From Paraspadella gotoi (Eukaryota; Animalia; Chaetognatha), in the NCBI GenBank assembly GCA_051294375.1, contig CM119263.1:10262210-10326209 (forward strand): a stretch of 64,000 nucleotides of DNA, written 5' to 3'. This document shows positions 51,308-64,000 of the stretch, in pieces. The notes beneath the pieces were generated by a model, which worked only from the letters and a program-made list of their open reading frames with translations, was not told the DNA's origin and searched no databases. The translations under genes and the position numbers were made by a program. Numbering within the stretch: position 1 is the stretch's first letter; each line of letters starts with the position of its first letter.

Positions 51308-54300
51308 CCTCCCTTTCTCGGGGCGAAAAAATAAATTGGGCCGAGGATTTAGAGTCGGACCTTAAATCTTCCGCCCATAAATCAGCCCCAGTGTTTTTTC
51401 CGCATCACTTTTGATATGAGCATTCGACGAAGAATGAAAAAAATGGACCGACGTGTGCTGTGTCTCTGTTGTTTCTGTGTTGCGGTCGTTGCGACGGCTG
51501 CTGTAGATTCGCGTCGATTTCATCGTGCGGGCGACATCGGTAAGGAGGTTTTTTTTTTTGCTGGAAAAGGTAAGTTTGTGTATTAGTACTTTTCCCCTTT
51601 GCTAATTATTAAAAAAAAAAACTGCTTGAGTTTAATTTTCAAATCAACTTTTCGGGTTTTTTTTTTTTTTTTTTTTTTTTTTAACGTTCAAAATTCAAAT
51701 TTTTAAACAAAAACATTTCAGCTATAAAAAGGAAGCCAAACAAGAAACACAAACACATAACGCTTAAATAGGACTAACCTCGGTCTATTTTAAAATAACG
51801 TTTAAACGTTTAACATTTAAAATTTAAGTTTTAAGTGTGACTCATAAATAAAATCTTATGTACTAATTCATAAGAAACTATAAAATATAACGATTTCAAG
51901 AACGTTCATAAATTCAAAATTTTTAACCAAAAAAAATCAAAGAAACAAAAGACACAAACGTGTAAATCGACTCATCAATAAAAATATTATGAACTAATGT
52001 CATAAGAAGACTATAAAATACAAGCAACAAATACAAAACAAGAAGCGTTCAAAATTTCTAAAATTTTTTAAAAGTCCAAAAATATGAAAACAAAGACAAA
52101 AACAAAAAAAATATAAAGCAACTCGAAAAACAAGCGTTAATAAAACAATCGAACAAAATAATAAAAAATATAAGCATAAATGAAAATAGCTAAAATGTAA
52201 TTAATCTATAATGTGTTAAAGTAAAGGGCAAATAATAGGGAAACTTTTTTTAAAAAAAGTAATTGTTTAATGTTAAAAACAAAAATGTCTTAGTATAAAA
52301 ATGTTAATGCGGTACCCACCCCTCAAGTTTTATTTTTATTAAAATACGTCGATTATAAGTAATTTAGAATACAATGTGTTAAGTAAAGGGCAGGAGGGGA
52401 CCCACAATGCTATTAATAGAAAGTGTAAAAAAAATAATCAATATATAATATAATCCTACATATATACACAACATACACATATACATACATTATATATTAC
52501 TAAGCACGCAAAGTCAACAGAAGGAGACCACTATAAAAAACTAAAGACGCTAATAAAAACAAAAGAGACAAAAAGACGCCTAAAAACGAAATGAGACTAA
52601 ACAAAGAGACGCTAAAAACGACAATGGAGTATAGTCACGTTAGTCACGTATTCACGCTAATAAAAACAAAGAAAATAAAAATAATAAAGAGACGCTAATA
52701 AAAAATAATTGAGTAATAATAATAAAAACAAAGGATGCATAAAAATAAAAATGTGGCTCCCACAATACCCAGTACGGTCCGTTTGGAATTTTCATTTATA
52801 TTTTTTAAAGAAAAGAAACAACGGGACAAAACTTAAACCCCGCGACTTTCTAAAACTGATAACCGATTATTGCGGTTGAGGCCTGGTGCGTAAGCAAGCG
52901 ATAGAGGAAGGGATAAAGGAGGATAGAATGTAGAGCAGTTAGGAGGAGGATAGGGCATAATTTCGGAAAATCGGGGTAATCGCCCGACTATCCGATACTG
53001 GTATGGTTGAAACGTTGAAAAGTTCAGAGTTTTACAAATTTTGCAAAAAGTATTAAAACATATGGAAAATGATGTAAAAATACCGTTGGCGAGAATTAAG
53101 TAAAATAGAATAAAGATGAATAGCAAACTCAAAAAGAAGCAGTGAAAGTATTTACGAGGCTGCAAGGGTACCGAGTTTAAACCCGGAGGGAGAGAGTAAC
53201 TGTTAGCGGTGATTCGTTATGTTGTGAAGAGGGTTGCGAGAATAGGGATCGGCATCGACAGTCAAGCGATGGGTGTCGTGAAAAGATATGAGTGGTGGAA
53301 CAGTTACGGATAGTGGGGGGAAGCGGAGACGGGAGTGCCGGAGAACAGTTTGTAAAGAGATGCCGGGGTGACAGTTACTGGATTTGGAGGGAAGTGGGAG
53401 GACGGGTAGTGGCGCGTATCCAGTTTGTAAAGAGATGCGCGGTGACCAGTTACGGATAGTGCGCGGAAAGCAAGAGGACGAAGTGGCGAGAACAGTTGTA
53501 AAGGAAGGGGTGGACAGCTTAGGATGTGGGCGGAAGCGGAGGACGGGAGTGGCGAGAACAGTTTGTTAAAGACGATGTGCAGGCTGGACAGTTACGGACT
53601 GTGGGGAAAGGCAGGAGGACGGGAGTGGCATGGTAAGAACAGTTTGTAAAGAGATGGGGGTTGACAGTACGGATGTGGAGGGAAAGCGGAGGACGGGATA
53701 AGTGGCGAGAACAGTTTGTAAAGAGATGCGCCAGGTGACAGTTACGATGCATGGGGGGGAAGCGGAGGAACGGAGTGGCCGAACAGTTGTAAAGAGATGG
53801 GGTGACATTACGATGTGGGAGGGAAAGCGGAGGACGGAGTGGCTGAAGAGAAACAGCTGTGTAAAAGATGGGGTTGACAGTTACGGAATGTGGGGAAAGC
53901 AGAGGACGGATTGGCTGAGAACAGTTGTAAAGAGATGGGGGTGACAGCTTACGGATGTGGGGAAGCGGAGGACGGGAGTGGCGAGAACAGTTGTAAAGAG
54001 ATGGGGAAAGTTACGGATGGGGTGATTCGCCAAGCTCTCCAAATCCGGAAAATTGCATGATGGAGTCGCGAAGCTTCGAGTCTCGCGGCTCAAAATCAGA
54101 AATTGGGAAAGGGAATGCGCGCTTCGCGGGCGTAATTGGGCCATGGGCATCCGGGAAAGGGAAACGGAAGGAGCCCGATTTGGGGAAGGGCGAGCAGGGA
54201 AGATGAGCGGAAAGAGAGGGATAAAGGAAGGGATGTTGTATATAAAGCGGGGGGAAGTGGGGAGGGGTAAAAGCGTTTAGAAAAGGAGTAAGAAGCGAAC

Positions 54301-55429
54301 TGGTATGAAGGAGGAGAGAGGCATCTGTGTTTGGAATCGGGAGATTTTGCAGATTGTCCTTTCTAGAGGAGACGATTCCTTGCTGAAATCGAGAACAGAG
54401 ATCGTTTTTTGTTTTTGTTGGTTTTTTTTTGGGGGGGGAGAACAAAAAAAATGAAAGGAAAATACTCGAAAATTCTGAATTACCATTCCGCATAATTTCG
54501 TAAAGAAAAAAAAAATACTCGAAACGATAATGAGGAAGAACTTATATATAATTTCCTTTCATTTCATAAGTAAACAGATTTCTTAAAAGAAATCTACCAC
54601 CCTAAAAAAAATGACAACGAGCAACGGAGAAAGACGGAATAAATTATATTTCGCGAATACTAAATATCCTTTTATCCACTCTTCTNNNNNNNNNNNNNNN
54701 NNNNNNNNNNAAAAAAAAAAAAAATCGAGGGTAAGAAGTAAAGAAAAGAGCCTAAGGAAGATCGCGTGAAAAAAAGAGGGAAAAAGATGAAAGTCAAGTT
54801 TCGAGAAGAAAACAAGGAATGAGCCAGACGTTTCTAACCGAAAAGAAGGAAGGCAGGAAAGAAGGAAAGGAAGAAAGAGAAAAAAGAAGGAAAGAAGGAA
54901 AGAAAGAGGGAAAGAAAGAAAAATGAAAGAAGGAAATAAAGAATCAAAAAAAGAAAAAAGAAAATGAAAAAAAAAGTTAGGGGGAAAAAGACGAAGGAGA
55001 AATAGAGAAAAAATAAAGAAAAAAGTGTAAAAAAAAAAAAACGAAGAAAAAAATAACAACTAAGAAAAGAAAGAAAAAAGGAAATAAAGACGGAAAAGAA
55101 AACAAAGAAAAAACGAGAGGAGAAAAGAAAAGCCGACAAGTGTGGCGCAAAGGTGCAACTCGAAAGAGTTGTTCCTCCTCGGGTCAAAGGTTTTTCGTTT
55201 ATGGTTTTAGCGAGACTGGAGCGGAACAGGAGCGGAGGCCGGACTCGTGGACATATAAAATGAAACCGGACTGGAGCGAGATACTAGAGCCAGATACTGG
55301 AGCAAAGAGAATTCGTTTCCCCCTTCAAATTCTCGACCACGTTAAGCCGAAGTTTATTCCGAGACTCAGGATTTCCTACGGCCGCTCCAGCGATAGCGGA
55401 GAAATAGTTGCGAGTTGGGGGGAAGAGAG

Positions 55430-55795
55430 GGAATAAAGCGAGAGGAAAAAAGAGCTAAGAGGGAGAGCGAGACGTCGAAAAATAGGTGAGAAGAAGAAGT
55501 GGATATAAGCGAAAAGAAAAAGAGCTAGCAGATGGGAGAGCGAGACGTCGAAAAATAGGGGGAATAAAGCGAGAAGAAAGAGAGTTAAGAGGGAGAGCGA
55601 GACGTCGAAAATAGGGGGAAGAAAGCGAGAAGAAAGAGAGTTAAGAGGGAGAGCGAGACGTCGAAAAATAGGGGGAATAAAGTGGAAGAAAGGAGGAAGA
55701 GAAGAGCCGAGAAACTTTCGAAAAATAGGGGGAATAAAACGGGAAGAAAAAGAGCGAAGAGGGAGAGCGAGACGTAGAAAAATAGGGGGAAAGCG
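55430..55795 (+). repeat. Purine-rich ~60-bp minisatellite (~6 units; GAATAAAGCGAGAAGAAAGAGAGTTAAGAGGGAGAGCGAGACGTCGAAAAATAGGGG)
   Basis: GGGAGAGCGAGACGTCGAAAA(A)TAGG recurs at ~55461, 55534, 55591, 55647 and 55761. Confidence 0.9.
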
Positions 55796-55882
55796 ACGAA
55801 TACTCGAGTTTGATTTTTCGGCTAATATCAAATATTGAAAGTCATTAATATTAATGGGAAGAAGTTAGGGCCTCTCTCTCTG

Positions 55883-55961
<79 letters not shown>

Positions 55962-56766
55962 TGATTTCGCTTCCCTCCCAGTCTCTCTCCCTCAACGCGT
56001 GATGATCATATGTGTGCGAGCCCGACCGAAAATACAGGGAGAGACGGACCGACGCTTGGGACGAGAGATATGAGGAAATGAGGAAGAGGGAAAAATGGGG
56101 AAATATTAAGGAAAAATAAAGAAAACGGAAAGGGAGAGAAGTTTTTTTATAAGATAAGGGAACAAAGATGATAACCATACAAGTCTAAGAAATATATCGT
56201 AATTGATACGAGAAATGAAATTAGAAAAGTTTAAATGATAATGAAACAAACAAAAAATATTGAATAAATCTGTTTTCAAATCGTGATTGTATCGGCCCAA
56301 TTTTTTTTGTGAATCCTATGATTTTGCAGATTTAAAAGCAAATCCAAAACGTCGATAAGACACAGATATCGAAAAACCAGAAAGGCAAGATGCTACTTCA
56401 TATTACTCACTGAGCAAACTGTTGACCGCACAAATGACTGCATATTATATAGAAGTGGGAAAGAAATGATAAATGCCCAAAAAATGATAATAAAATCTTA
56501 GTTTCTCTCTCTCTCTCTTGTCTTGCTTCTTCTATCGCTCCCTGTTTTTCTGTAACCAAAAACTGGGAGGTGCGAACTCCCATTTTTTTTTTCGCCAAGA
56601 GATGAAATAATTTTTTTTTATTTCTTTTTAAATTCTTCTTTTCGCTTGTTATTTATTCTTTCTTTTTATGAGGTTTCACGGGAGCCAAAGTTTTCTCATC
56701 TCCCGAAAGAAATGTAAATTTTTTACGGGAAGAGAAACAAGACTCGACGGCGTGAACGAAGAGAGC

Positions 56767-56825
<59 letters not shown>

Positions 56826-57972
56826 ACTTTTGCGACTTTTCTCAAGATTTATCTTTATTTTTCTGAGAGACATCGATTTTTGACGGAAGAAGCCAAGAAC
56901 GACTTTTTCAATTTGAATACAAGGACGAAAACAAAGACTTGGAAAATAAAGAAACTAGTAGAAATATCAAAATATTTTTAATCTTTAATAGGACACAACT
57001 CGGATCAAAACTTAAAAAAGGAATTCGTCATCACAAAATGCGAAATTCAAAGGCGAAACATTTTTATCGCATCGCCTTCGCTACACAATATGGGTGGTTG
57101 ATTTTGTGGCGAAGAAACCCGCCGACCAAAACTGTATATCACGGTTAATGGAGAAAGACGACGGAAATGTCCGAAGTTTTGTATAAGAAATTATATTTCG
57201 ACGTTAATTGCAAAATACCAAAAAAAAAAAAAAAAAGAATTGCAAATTTTTTTTCTGGTGCTCAGCAGTTTGTTTCCTTGCACAATCTCTATAATTCTAT
57301 CAGAATGATAATGCAGGTTTATAAAGGTTAGTAAAAATATAAGCGTCTTTAATGGGCAGTTTCACGTATCGAATCCGAGATAATTACTATAAGAAGGAAC
57401 CCGTCTTTTAGGCGACGACACCGTCCGAAAAATCATCTCGTTATTGACGCGTCGATAAACGTCGAGATAACTTTTCTTTAGAGTCGAGATTTGAAAAAAA
57501 AAGTTGAATTATATTTTTGGTTTCCCCACAAAAAAAATTGTTTACTAGGTTCACTAAGTTCACCAAAAAAAAAAAAAAATAAAGAGTAATTAAGATTATT
57601 GAATAGCTGGAGAGAATTGGAGGTGTGTAGATATAATGAGACGAGTCTTTTGTATCTTTTTCTATTCAGTAAGTACAAACAAGTAAAAATAATAAAATTG
57701 TAACACGACACAGTTTTTCGAAAATGAAAACAAATTCTAGTACTTTGAGTACACTCTGTCAGCCTTTCCGACCCTGGTTACCACTCCTCCACCCCAAACC
57801 GCGAAATAAAAAAAAAAATTTGGATCAATTTTATTCTTCGTTTTTATAAGCAAATAAAACTTTTAATCCCCGAAGCAGAAAAAAGACAACTTTTTTAAAA
57901 ATCAATTTTGAAGGAAAATTATCGATGACGATGAGAAAGAGAGAGCGAGAGAAAGAGAGATAGAGAGAAAGC

Positions 57973-58009
<37 letters not shown>

Positions 58010-58479
58010 GGAAAAAGGGGAGGATGAATAAAAATTGAAAAATTTCAGTCTTCTTTGCTGATAGAACGAGAGCCCCTCTTCTCTTTTCTTCCCCCTTTTT
58101 CAGTTTTTTAATCAAAGTCTGTAATGAAGAGAACGAAGGTTAAAAGAAGAAGCATCAAAATACCCGAAGTTCTCTCGGCGCTAAAACGAAGCTTAAAATG
58201 TCTTTCATGCCCTTTGGCGCTCTCTTCTTTTTTCTTCTCTTTTGTTCGAGTATTTTTTTTTCTAAAATTTTTCTTTTTCAATTTATTCTCTCAATCATAT
58301 TTATTTTTGTTTCTCTCCGATTAAAATACTTTATACTTTAGAGTATTAAACTCGATTGTGTGAATATTAATTATCAACTAAGAGTAAAGCAACAAAGAAC
58401 AACCACCATCACTTAGCCAGTGACAAGTTCTTTTTCACCAACACCTGAGTCAATGCTTTTTAATCGATTGCGACGCTCG

Positions 58480-58529
<50 letters not shown>

Positions 58530-58909
58530 CCCTATATCTCTCTCAACGAAAAAACAATATACCAATTTTAATTTCCGTTTTTTTTAACAATGTTGCTATT
58601 AAACTGTTTTTCTCCGCTAAATGTAAACCCATTTTATCCCCTAATGTAAACGCGTTTTAGTTTTCGCGTATTTTTTTCCTTTTCTTTATCTGACTTTAGG
58701 TCCGACGCGATTTTTTTTCGTTTTATCCTTCATATTTTTTTTCCTAAGGCGGAAAAAAAAGAAGAAATGCAGACTGAAGATAGAAGCCTCGCCATGGGAT
58801 TTTTCTTTCTTTCTTTCTTTCTTTCTTTCTTTTTTCTTTTTGTTGGCTCTCTTCTTCTTTATTTCTTTCTATTTCTTTCTTTCTTTCTCATTCTTCCTTT
58901 CTTCTTGCT

Positions 58910-58940
<31 letters not shown>

Positions 58941-58960
58941 GTCTTTCTTTTTTTCTTTTT

Positions 58961-58992
<32 letters not shown>

Positions 58993-59691
58993 TCAGGTTC
59001 TTGACTCTCCTTTCCCCATTCGCTCCTCTTCCTCTTTCCTCTGGGGATTTGATCATAGGAGGTGAAGGTATTCAACCTTTTCTAATCACCCTTTGGCCAG
59101 CGAGAAGCTAAGAACATTTTTTCCTACTTTTTCATCTGCATATCTTTTTTTTTCTTCTTCTTTTTGTTTATTTTTTTCTCAACTGAAAAGTCAGACGACG
59201 ATTCCCGTCTCTCCAATAATTCATGACATTGAATTTGACAATATTTTTTAAAAATTTTGCTTGACTTTCTTAACCTTGATTTTCTCACCTTAAATTTCAC
59301 TTTTCTTATCTCTGTATATGCTTGGGCAAAAACAAAATTTCGAGATTTCTGCTCTCATAAAAAATCAATATAAGATATTCTAAAAAAAAGAATTTTGAGA
59401 TTATGAATTTCATCCCAATAATTTGTCGAAAAACTCGGAAAAAAAAGTCTGGATTCTCGATCAATTTCTTCCTTTGTTTATTTTACTTTTTCTCGACTCC
59501 ACCCAACGATTCGCTTCTCCGCTCCTCTCCTTTTTTCCCCTGTTTGTCTTTAGATAAGAAATGAGAAGAAATTGATTGATCGAATTCTTTTTAAGCTTTC
59601 AACTTTTCCCCTCTTTCCTACCTCTGGTTAAGTCATCTCATTTATTTTTCCCTCGATCGGGGATTTGTACTTTCGAGTTTTCAGCGATCTT

Positions 59692-59727
<36 letters not shown>

Positions 59728-60607
59728 CAATAAAACTATCCACTCGTCTTTTTAATTTCATAAAATCGAAATCATAATTTTTTTATGGCGGCGATATATT
59801 GCCGGATGAGCCCGCCTCGATTTTTGGCGAAAAGGAAAAGGTCAAGAAAGGTCAAGAAATCCGGTCCCTCGATGAACCGACCTTCCGTCGAATGAGGTCA
59901 CCCGAAAAAAAGGAGGTCATTTCTCCCCCTTGATCCTCAACCCCCCCCACCAAAAAAAAGGCGAGAACTAGAGCTCAGTCGTGGATCTTCCCTCGCGGTT
60001 CCAACGTACGATTGGCAGAGGAGAAACGATTTAACTCCTTAATCTCATCAGTGACTCACTCTCTTAATCCTTTTCAATTATTTTCCCTTTTTTTGTTTTT
60101 ATTTTTTCTCGTTTTTTTTTTTTTTTTCATTTTCTCCATTTGGCGCGCATTCGCACTTTCGCGGCGTAAATCAAAAGGAAGAGAGAGAGAGGAGTTTGGG
60201 GCTTGGTGGGTGGAAAAACCACCAGGGTGGAAAAGTGGAATAACTACTGCGGTGGAAAAATAACTAATTCGATAGAATTTGACATAGTAATTAACAAAAC
60301 ATTTGATTTCTAGGATTGTTATGACTGTGATGGCTAGAATGAATGACTCAAGAAATTTACAAACAGAAATTAATCGTAAGAAATCTAGCCTCTATTTTCT
60401 GTCTTAATTTCCCCGGTTCTGTCAAAGACGTAACAGAATGTCAAACAGTGCGACTACGAGCGTACTTATTCGATACTTTCGTCTAAATATTTAAACGATA
60501 AAACATTATTCTGTCTTAGAAAATCCAAACTTAATTCACGACTACGTAACGTATAATCTCATTCGAGTCTTGGACCAAAGAGCAAAGGCTCGAGGCTCTG
60601 AACTCAC

Positions 60608-61250
60608 GTCTTTAACTCATCATTCGAGACTTTGAACTTCCACCTCGTCCGCCTCCCCTGCTCGACCCCCTCGGATCTCCCCTTCTCCAACCCTTCTCCA
60701 CCCCCTCGGGTCTCCCCTTCTCGACCCCCTCAGATTCGAATTCTCTCCTGGGCTTTCGCTTTTTACGTCGAAACCAACGCCCTCTGCCAAAGAAACCCCT
60801 ACTCGCCGCCGAACCGCGTCGGAGGAAGCGATCGTATAGTTGTTGTTGATGTTGTTCTCAATTTTGAAGCTGTTGTTGTTTTCGCCGACGATGATGCTGT
60901 GAAACCTGTCCCTTCCTGAAAAATATCCTTTTTCTCTTTACGAATTAACGATTTGGATTCAGCGAGAAAATTTTGCTCCCCCCCCCCCAAAAAAAAAATC
61001 CAAACAAAAAAAAAGAAACATTCGTTTTATCTTCGTCATCAAAAACAAATTTATGATCTGACAATCCGTGAAAAATCAATGAAAAAAGAAATTTATGATC
61101 CCTCACCTTGTAGAGAGTCAATGAATAAGGAGTTTAATCGTCCGAAAATAAATCTGGGTTTTTCCACGTCATCAGGGAAAGGAAACAAATATTTTTGTCT
61201 AAGGGAGTCATTTATTTAATCAGCATAAGGGCCTTCAGCCGTTTGCAAAA
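60608..61250 (-). CDS. Putative two-exon gene fragment (61250-61107, 60915-60608), product unknown
   Basis: TTTTTCAG acceptors and AAG|GTGAGG and GAC|GTGAGT donors. The 144-nt phase-1 exon joins in frame with the next exon (..INDSLRQKYLFPFPDDVEKPRFIFGRLNSLFIDSLQ-G-RDRFHSIIVGENNNSF..), but exon 1 has a TAA and exon 2 stops near its end. Confidence 0.25.
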
Positions 61251-62320
61251 CTGAAAAAATGATCAAATTCCTGTTTGTTTGTTTTTTGGGGGATATTGAC
61301 TAAAATAAGAAAAAAAAAAATTAAAAAAAAGGTTTTTCGAGCGCCTCACGAGATATATATTAAATTAAAAACAAAACAAAAATTACTTTATTGTAAAAAC
61401 TAAAAACATAGTTTATCATCCGACAAATTGTGAAAATTCACTACGCAACAACTTTTAAAGATCAATGACAAAAAGTTCACGATCTTTCAAACTGTGAAAG
61501 AAATAAAAAAAAAAATCAGAGAAAAAAGGAGATTAAAACCGGCGTTTGAATGTCGAAACGACGTGAACGCGTTCGTAAAACGTTCACGGTCGATCTCACT
61601 GCCGCCGCCGGTGAATCGCGAAATGTAACGCGTTTCAAATTTGACGGTTACAATCGCGTGGCGCCTTTGATCGCGGAGAATCGGCTCGGGAGACTCGTGG
61701 GGGGTGGAAGAGGGAGACGAGGCAATATCTCTCTCTGGGAAGAGAGGTTTTCTATTATAAGGAAAAGAGAAAAGCCTCTTGGGAGGAAGGATCGTCGACG
61801 TCTTGGACCTTGAGTTATCATTTCCCGTCAAATTGGTTCAAGTAACATTCTCAAGAAACTAACACGAGAAGAAAGTATAATAATATTATTAATATATAGC
61901 CATCATCTAGTTGTGTTTCAAAAAAAAAAAAAAAAATTGGACCAAAACTTAGACTAACACCGTTTGGTAAAAAGATTAATGTTTTCCTAGCGTCAGTTAA
62001 AAAAGTAGCTACTATATTTACGACAAAACTACCTTTAATTTAAAAACTCCCAATTCTACGACCGTCTCTAAAAAAGAAATCGTTAACCCACAATGTTAAC
62101 TACAACCAAGACTCAAGTTTGATTTTTTTTTTGCTACGAATCTTTAAAAAAAAAGATTTCTTTTGAAGTCAAATGACAAAAAAAAAGGATCTTTTTTTCC
62201 CCTTTTTTTCAAAAACTCGAATCGAATCAAATGAAAACGTCCGAACGAATTTCGCCTGAAAAAATTTAGACGATTTTCGTTTTTCGACGCACGAGCGATC
62301 GCTGATTTGTGACTGGGAAA

Positions 62321-62373
<53 letters not shown>

Positions 62374-63349
62374 GAATTCGATCATGTCATACCGAAAATT
62401 TTTTCTTGTCCTCGTCGTCGTCATCATCATCATCATCATCATCATACATATCATCCAATACAATTCAGAATGCATTGCATCAAAATAAAAGAAAGGAGAA
62501 AAAGTGTAAAATAAGCACCTCATGCCTCGCAATCACTTTTACCAACGCGTCATAGAAACGGATACGAAAATGTTCAGCCGGTCAAACACACAACCCATCG
62601 CCATCATCATACAAATCATGCAACATAACACTCATGCCATACAGTAATCATCAATCAAATCATCATCCCCATCATCATCGACTTCGCACCAGTCGTCGTA
62701 GTATTCGTCGTCATCGTGGTGTTTTTATGTTAACGCCCTTAATGACAACATTTTTCGGAAACGATGAGTCTCATATCAAACATCTCAGCCCGTGTCCTGG
62801 CCCCACAGCCGCGGCCGTCCGTCGCCGCCGTAGTCCGCAGCCCGCAGCCGCCGAGGGGAAATCTATATATTGAAGCGTGGTCATGGTTTTTTGGGCAGAT
62901 GAGCTCGATGTGTAGAATAGAGAGAGAGAGGAGGAGAGAGAGAGGAGATAGAGAGAGAGAGGAGAGAGAGAGAGGAAGAGGAGAGAGAGAAGAAGTGAGA
63001 AGAGAAGGCACGGGCCAAGAGAGCGGGGAAGACTCATTTAATATTGCGGGACATGTTATTTGAAAAACTGCAATCATCATCTCCTCTCTCTCTCCTCATC
63101 TCACTCTCTCTCTGCTACATTCCTAAATATATGCTTACCTTCCTTCTTCATTCATAATCGATCAGGGATGTTGGTTGGGTTGTCTCTCATGTTTGTGGCG
63201 GCGAAGATGGTTCTCTTTTTATTTCTATTGTTTTTTTTCTTTCCCTATTTTTCAATTCTTAATCTTTTAAGAACATGTTTGTGACGAAGATTTTGATGAG
63301 AACTGAAATTCGAATTGAATCCCGATTATGGTCGATTTAAACGTCAGTA

Positions 63350-63383
<34 letters not shown>

Positions 63384-64000
63384 CGACGACGACGAGATTA
63401 GAGGCCTGCCAATGCTCGGTGATTGGCCGATCAAGCGAAAACACGTCGAGAATGATTAGCGTTTCGCGAGACTTCGAAGAAGACTGAAAAAAAGTTTTGC
63501 GAAATTCATAGTCAACGTCGCAGGGATAAGAGGTATAGCTTGAAACTGTAGCAAATATAGCGATTTCGTCAAATTTTAACTTTCTGATAGATGATGGTCG
63601 AAATAAATTGGAATATTATTATTGATTAGCTAAACCTCGTTACGTGTGACTTAACTACATTACGAGCTTATTGAACAAACAAATTTCATGATCGAAAGTA
63701 AAAATCGAAAGTAAGAAAAATAAAAATAAACTTTTTTATATTTGTTCATAAGAGCCCATTGATAAGTTTATTTTATCCCCGATAATGAAATTTGTAACGA
63801 CTAATAAGGAATTACAAAAGCAAGCAGAGAAAACGAGCCTTCGTCGTTGAAGACATCTTAAGAATCTCAACAATGACGTCGTCGTCATCGTTATCGTCGT
63901 CGCCATCGTCGTCGTCTTAAAATCTTGGCGATCTTGAATCTTCTTCCCTTTATGAGTCACGTGATCCTCTTACACCACAATTAATCCTCTCACGTTAAAC

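Larger units (their letters stand above)
36256..54685. repeat. ~18.4 kb palindrome: arms 36256-45487 and 45562-54685, ~75-bp spacer between (AG)n and (CT)n
   Basis: Mirrored ORFs with identical translations and coordinate sum 90941 (36448-36930 vs 54011-54493; 37776-38108 vs 52833-53165); the interior is also mirrored, with indels. Confidence 0.95.

Overview
Eukaryotic (animal-like; TTTTCAG-type acceptors hint at a nematode, low confidence) repeat-rich DNA from a noisy, partly redundant assembly. It has six 25-N gaps, indel-riddled read-like stretches, and several duplicated or inverted blocks including a ~18.4 kb palindrome (36256-54685). Almost all ORFs in the track come from (CT)n/(AG)n/(GAC)n microsatellites. 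Real elements found by reading the sequence: (1) a ~2.3 kb non-autonomous Mutator-like element with long GC-rich TIRs and a 10-bp TSD; (2) a ~2.9 kb Helentron-associated (DINE-1/HINE-type) element, with its empty site also in the window; (3) most interesting, a ~6.45 kb minus-strand Gag-protease-RT-RNase H retroelement (23016-29462). This element has no visible integrase, no paired LTRs and no TSD, replaces ~230 bp of host sequence beside a (TA)-rich tract, and carries a PBS-like site, a 5' hairpin and a hammerhead-like 3' structure, i.e. a pararetrovirus-like layout. All protein motifs were reconstructed by eye across frameshifts; no database searches were run.
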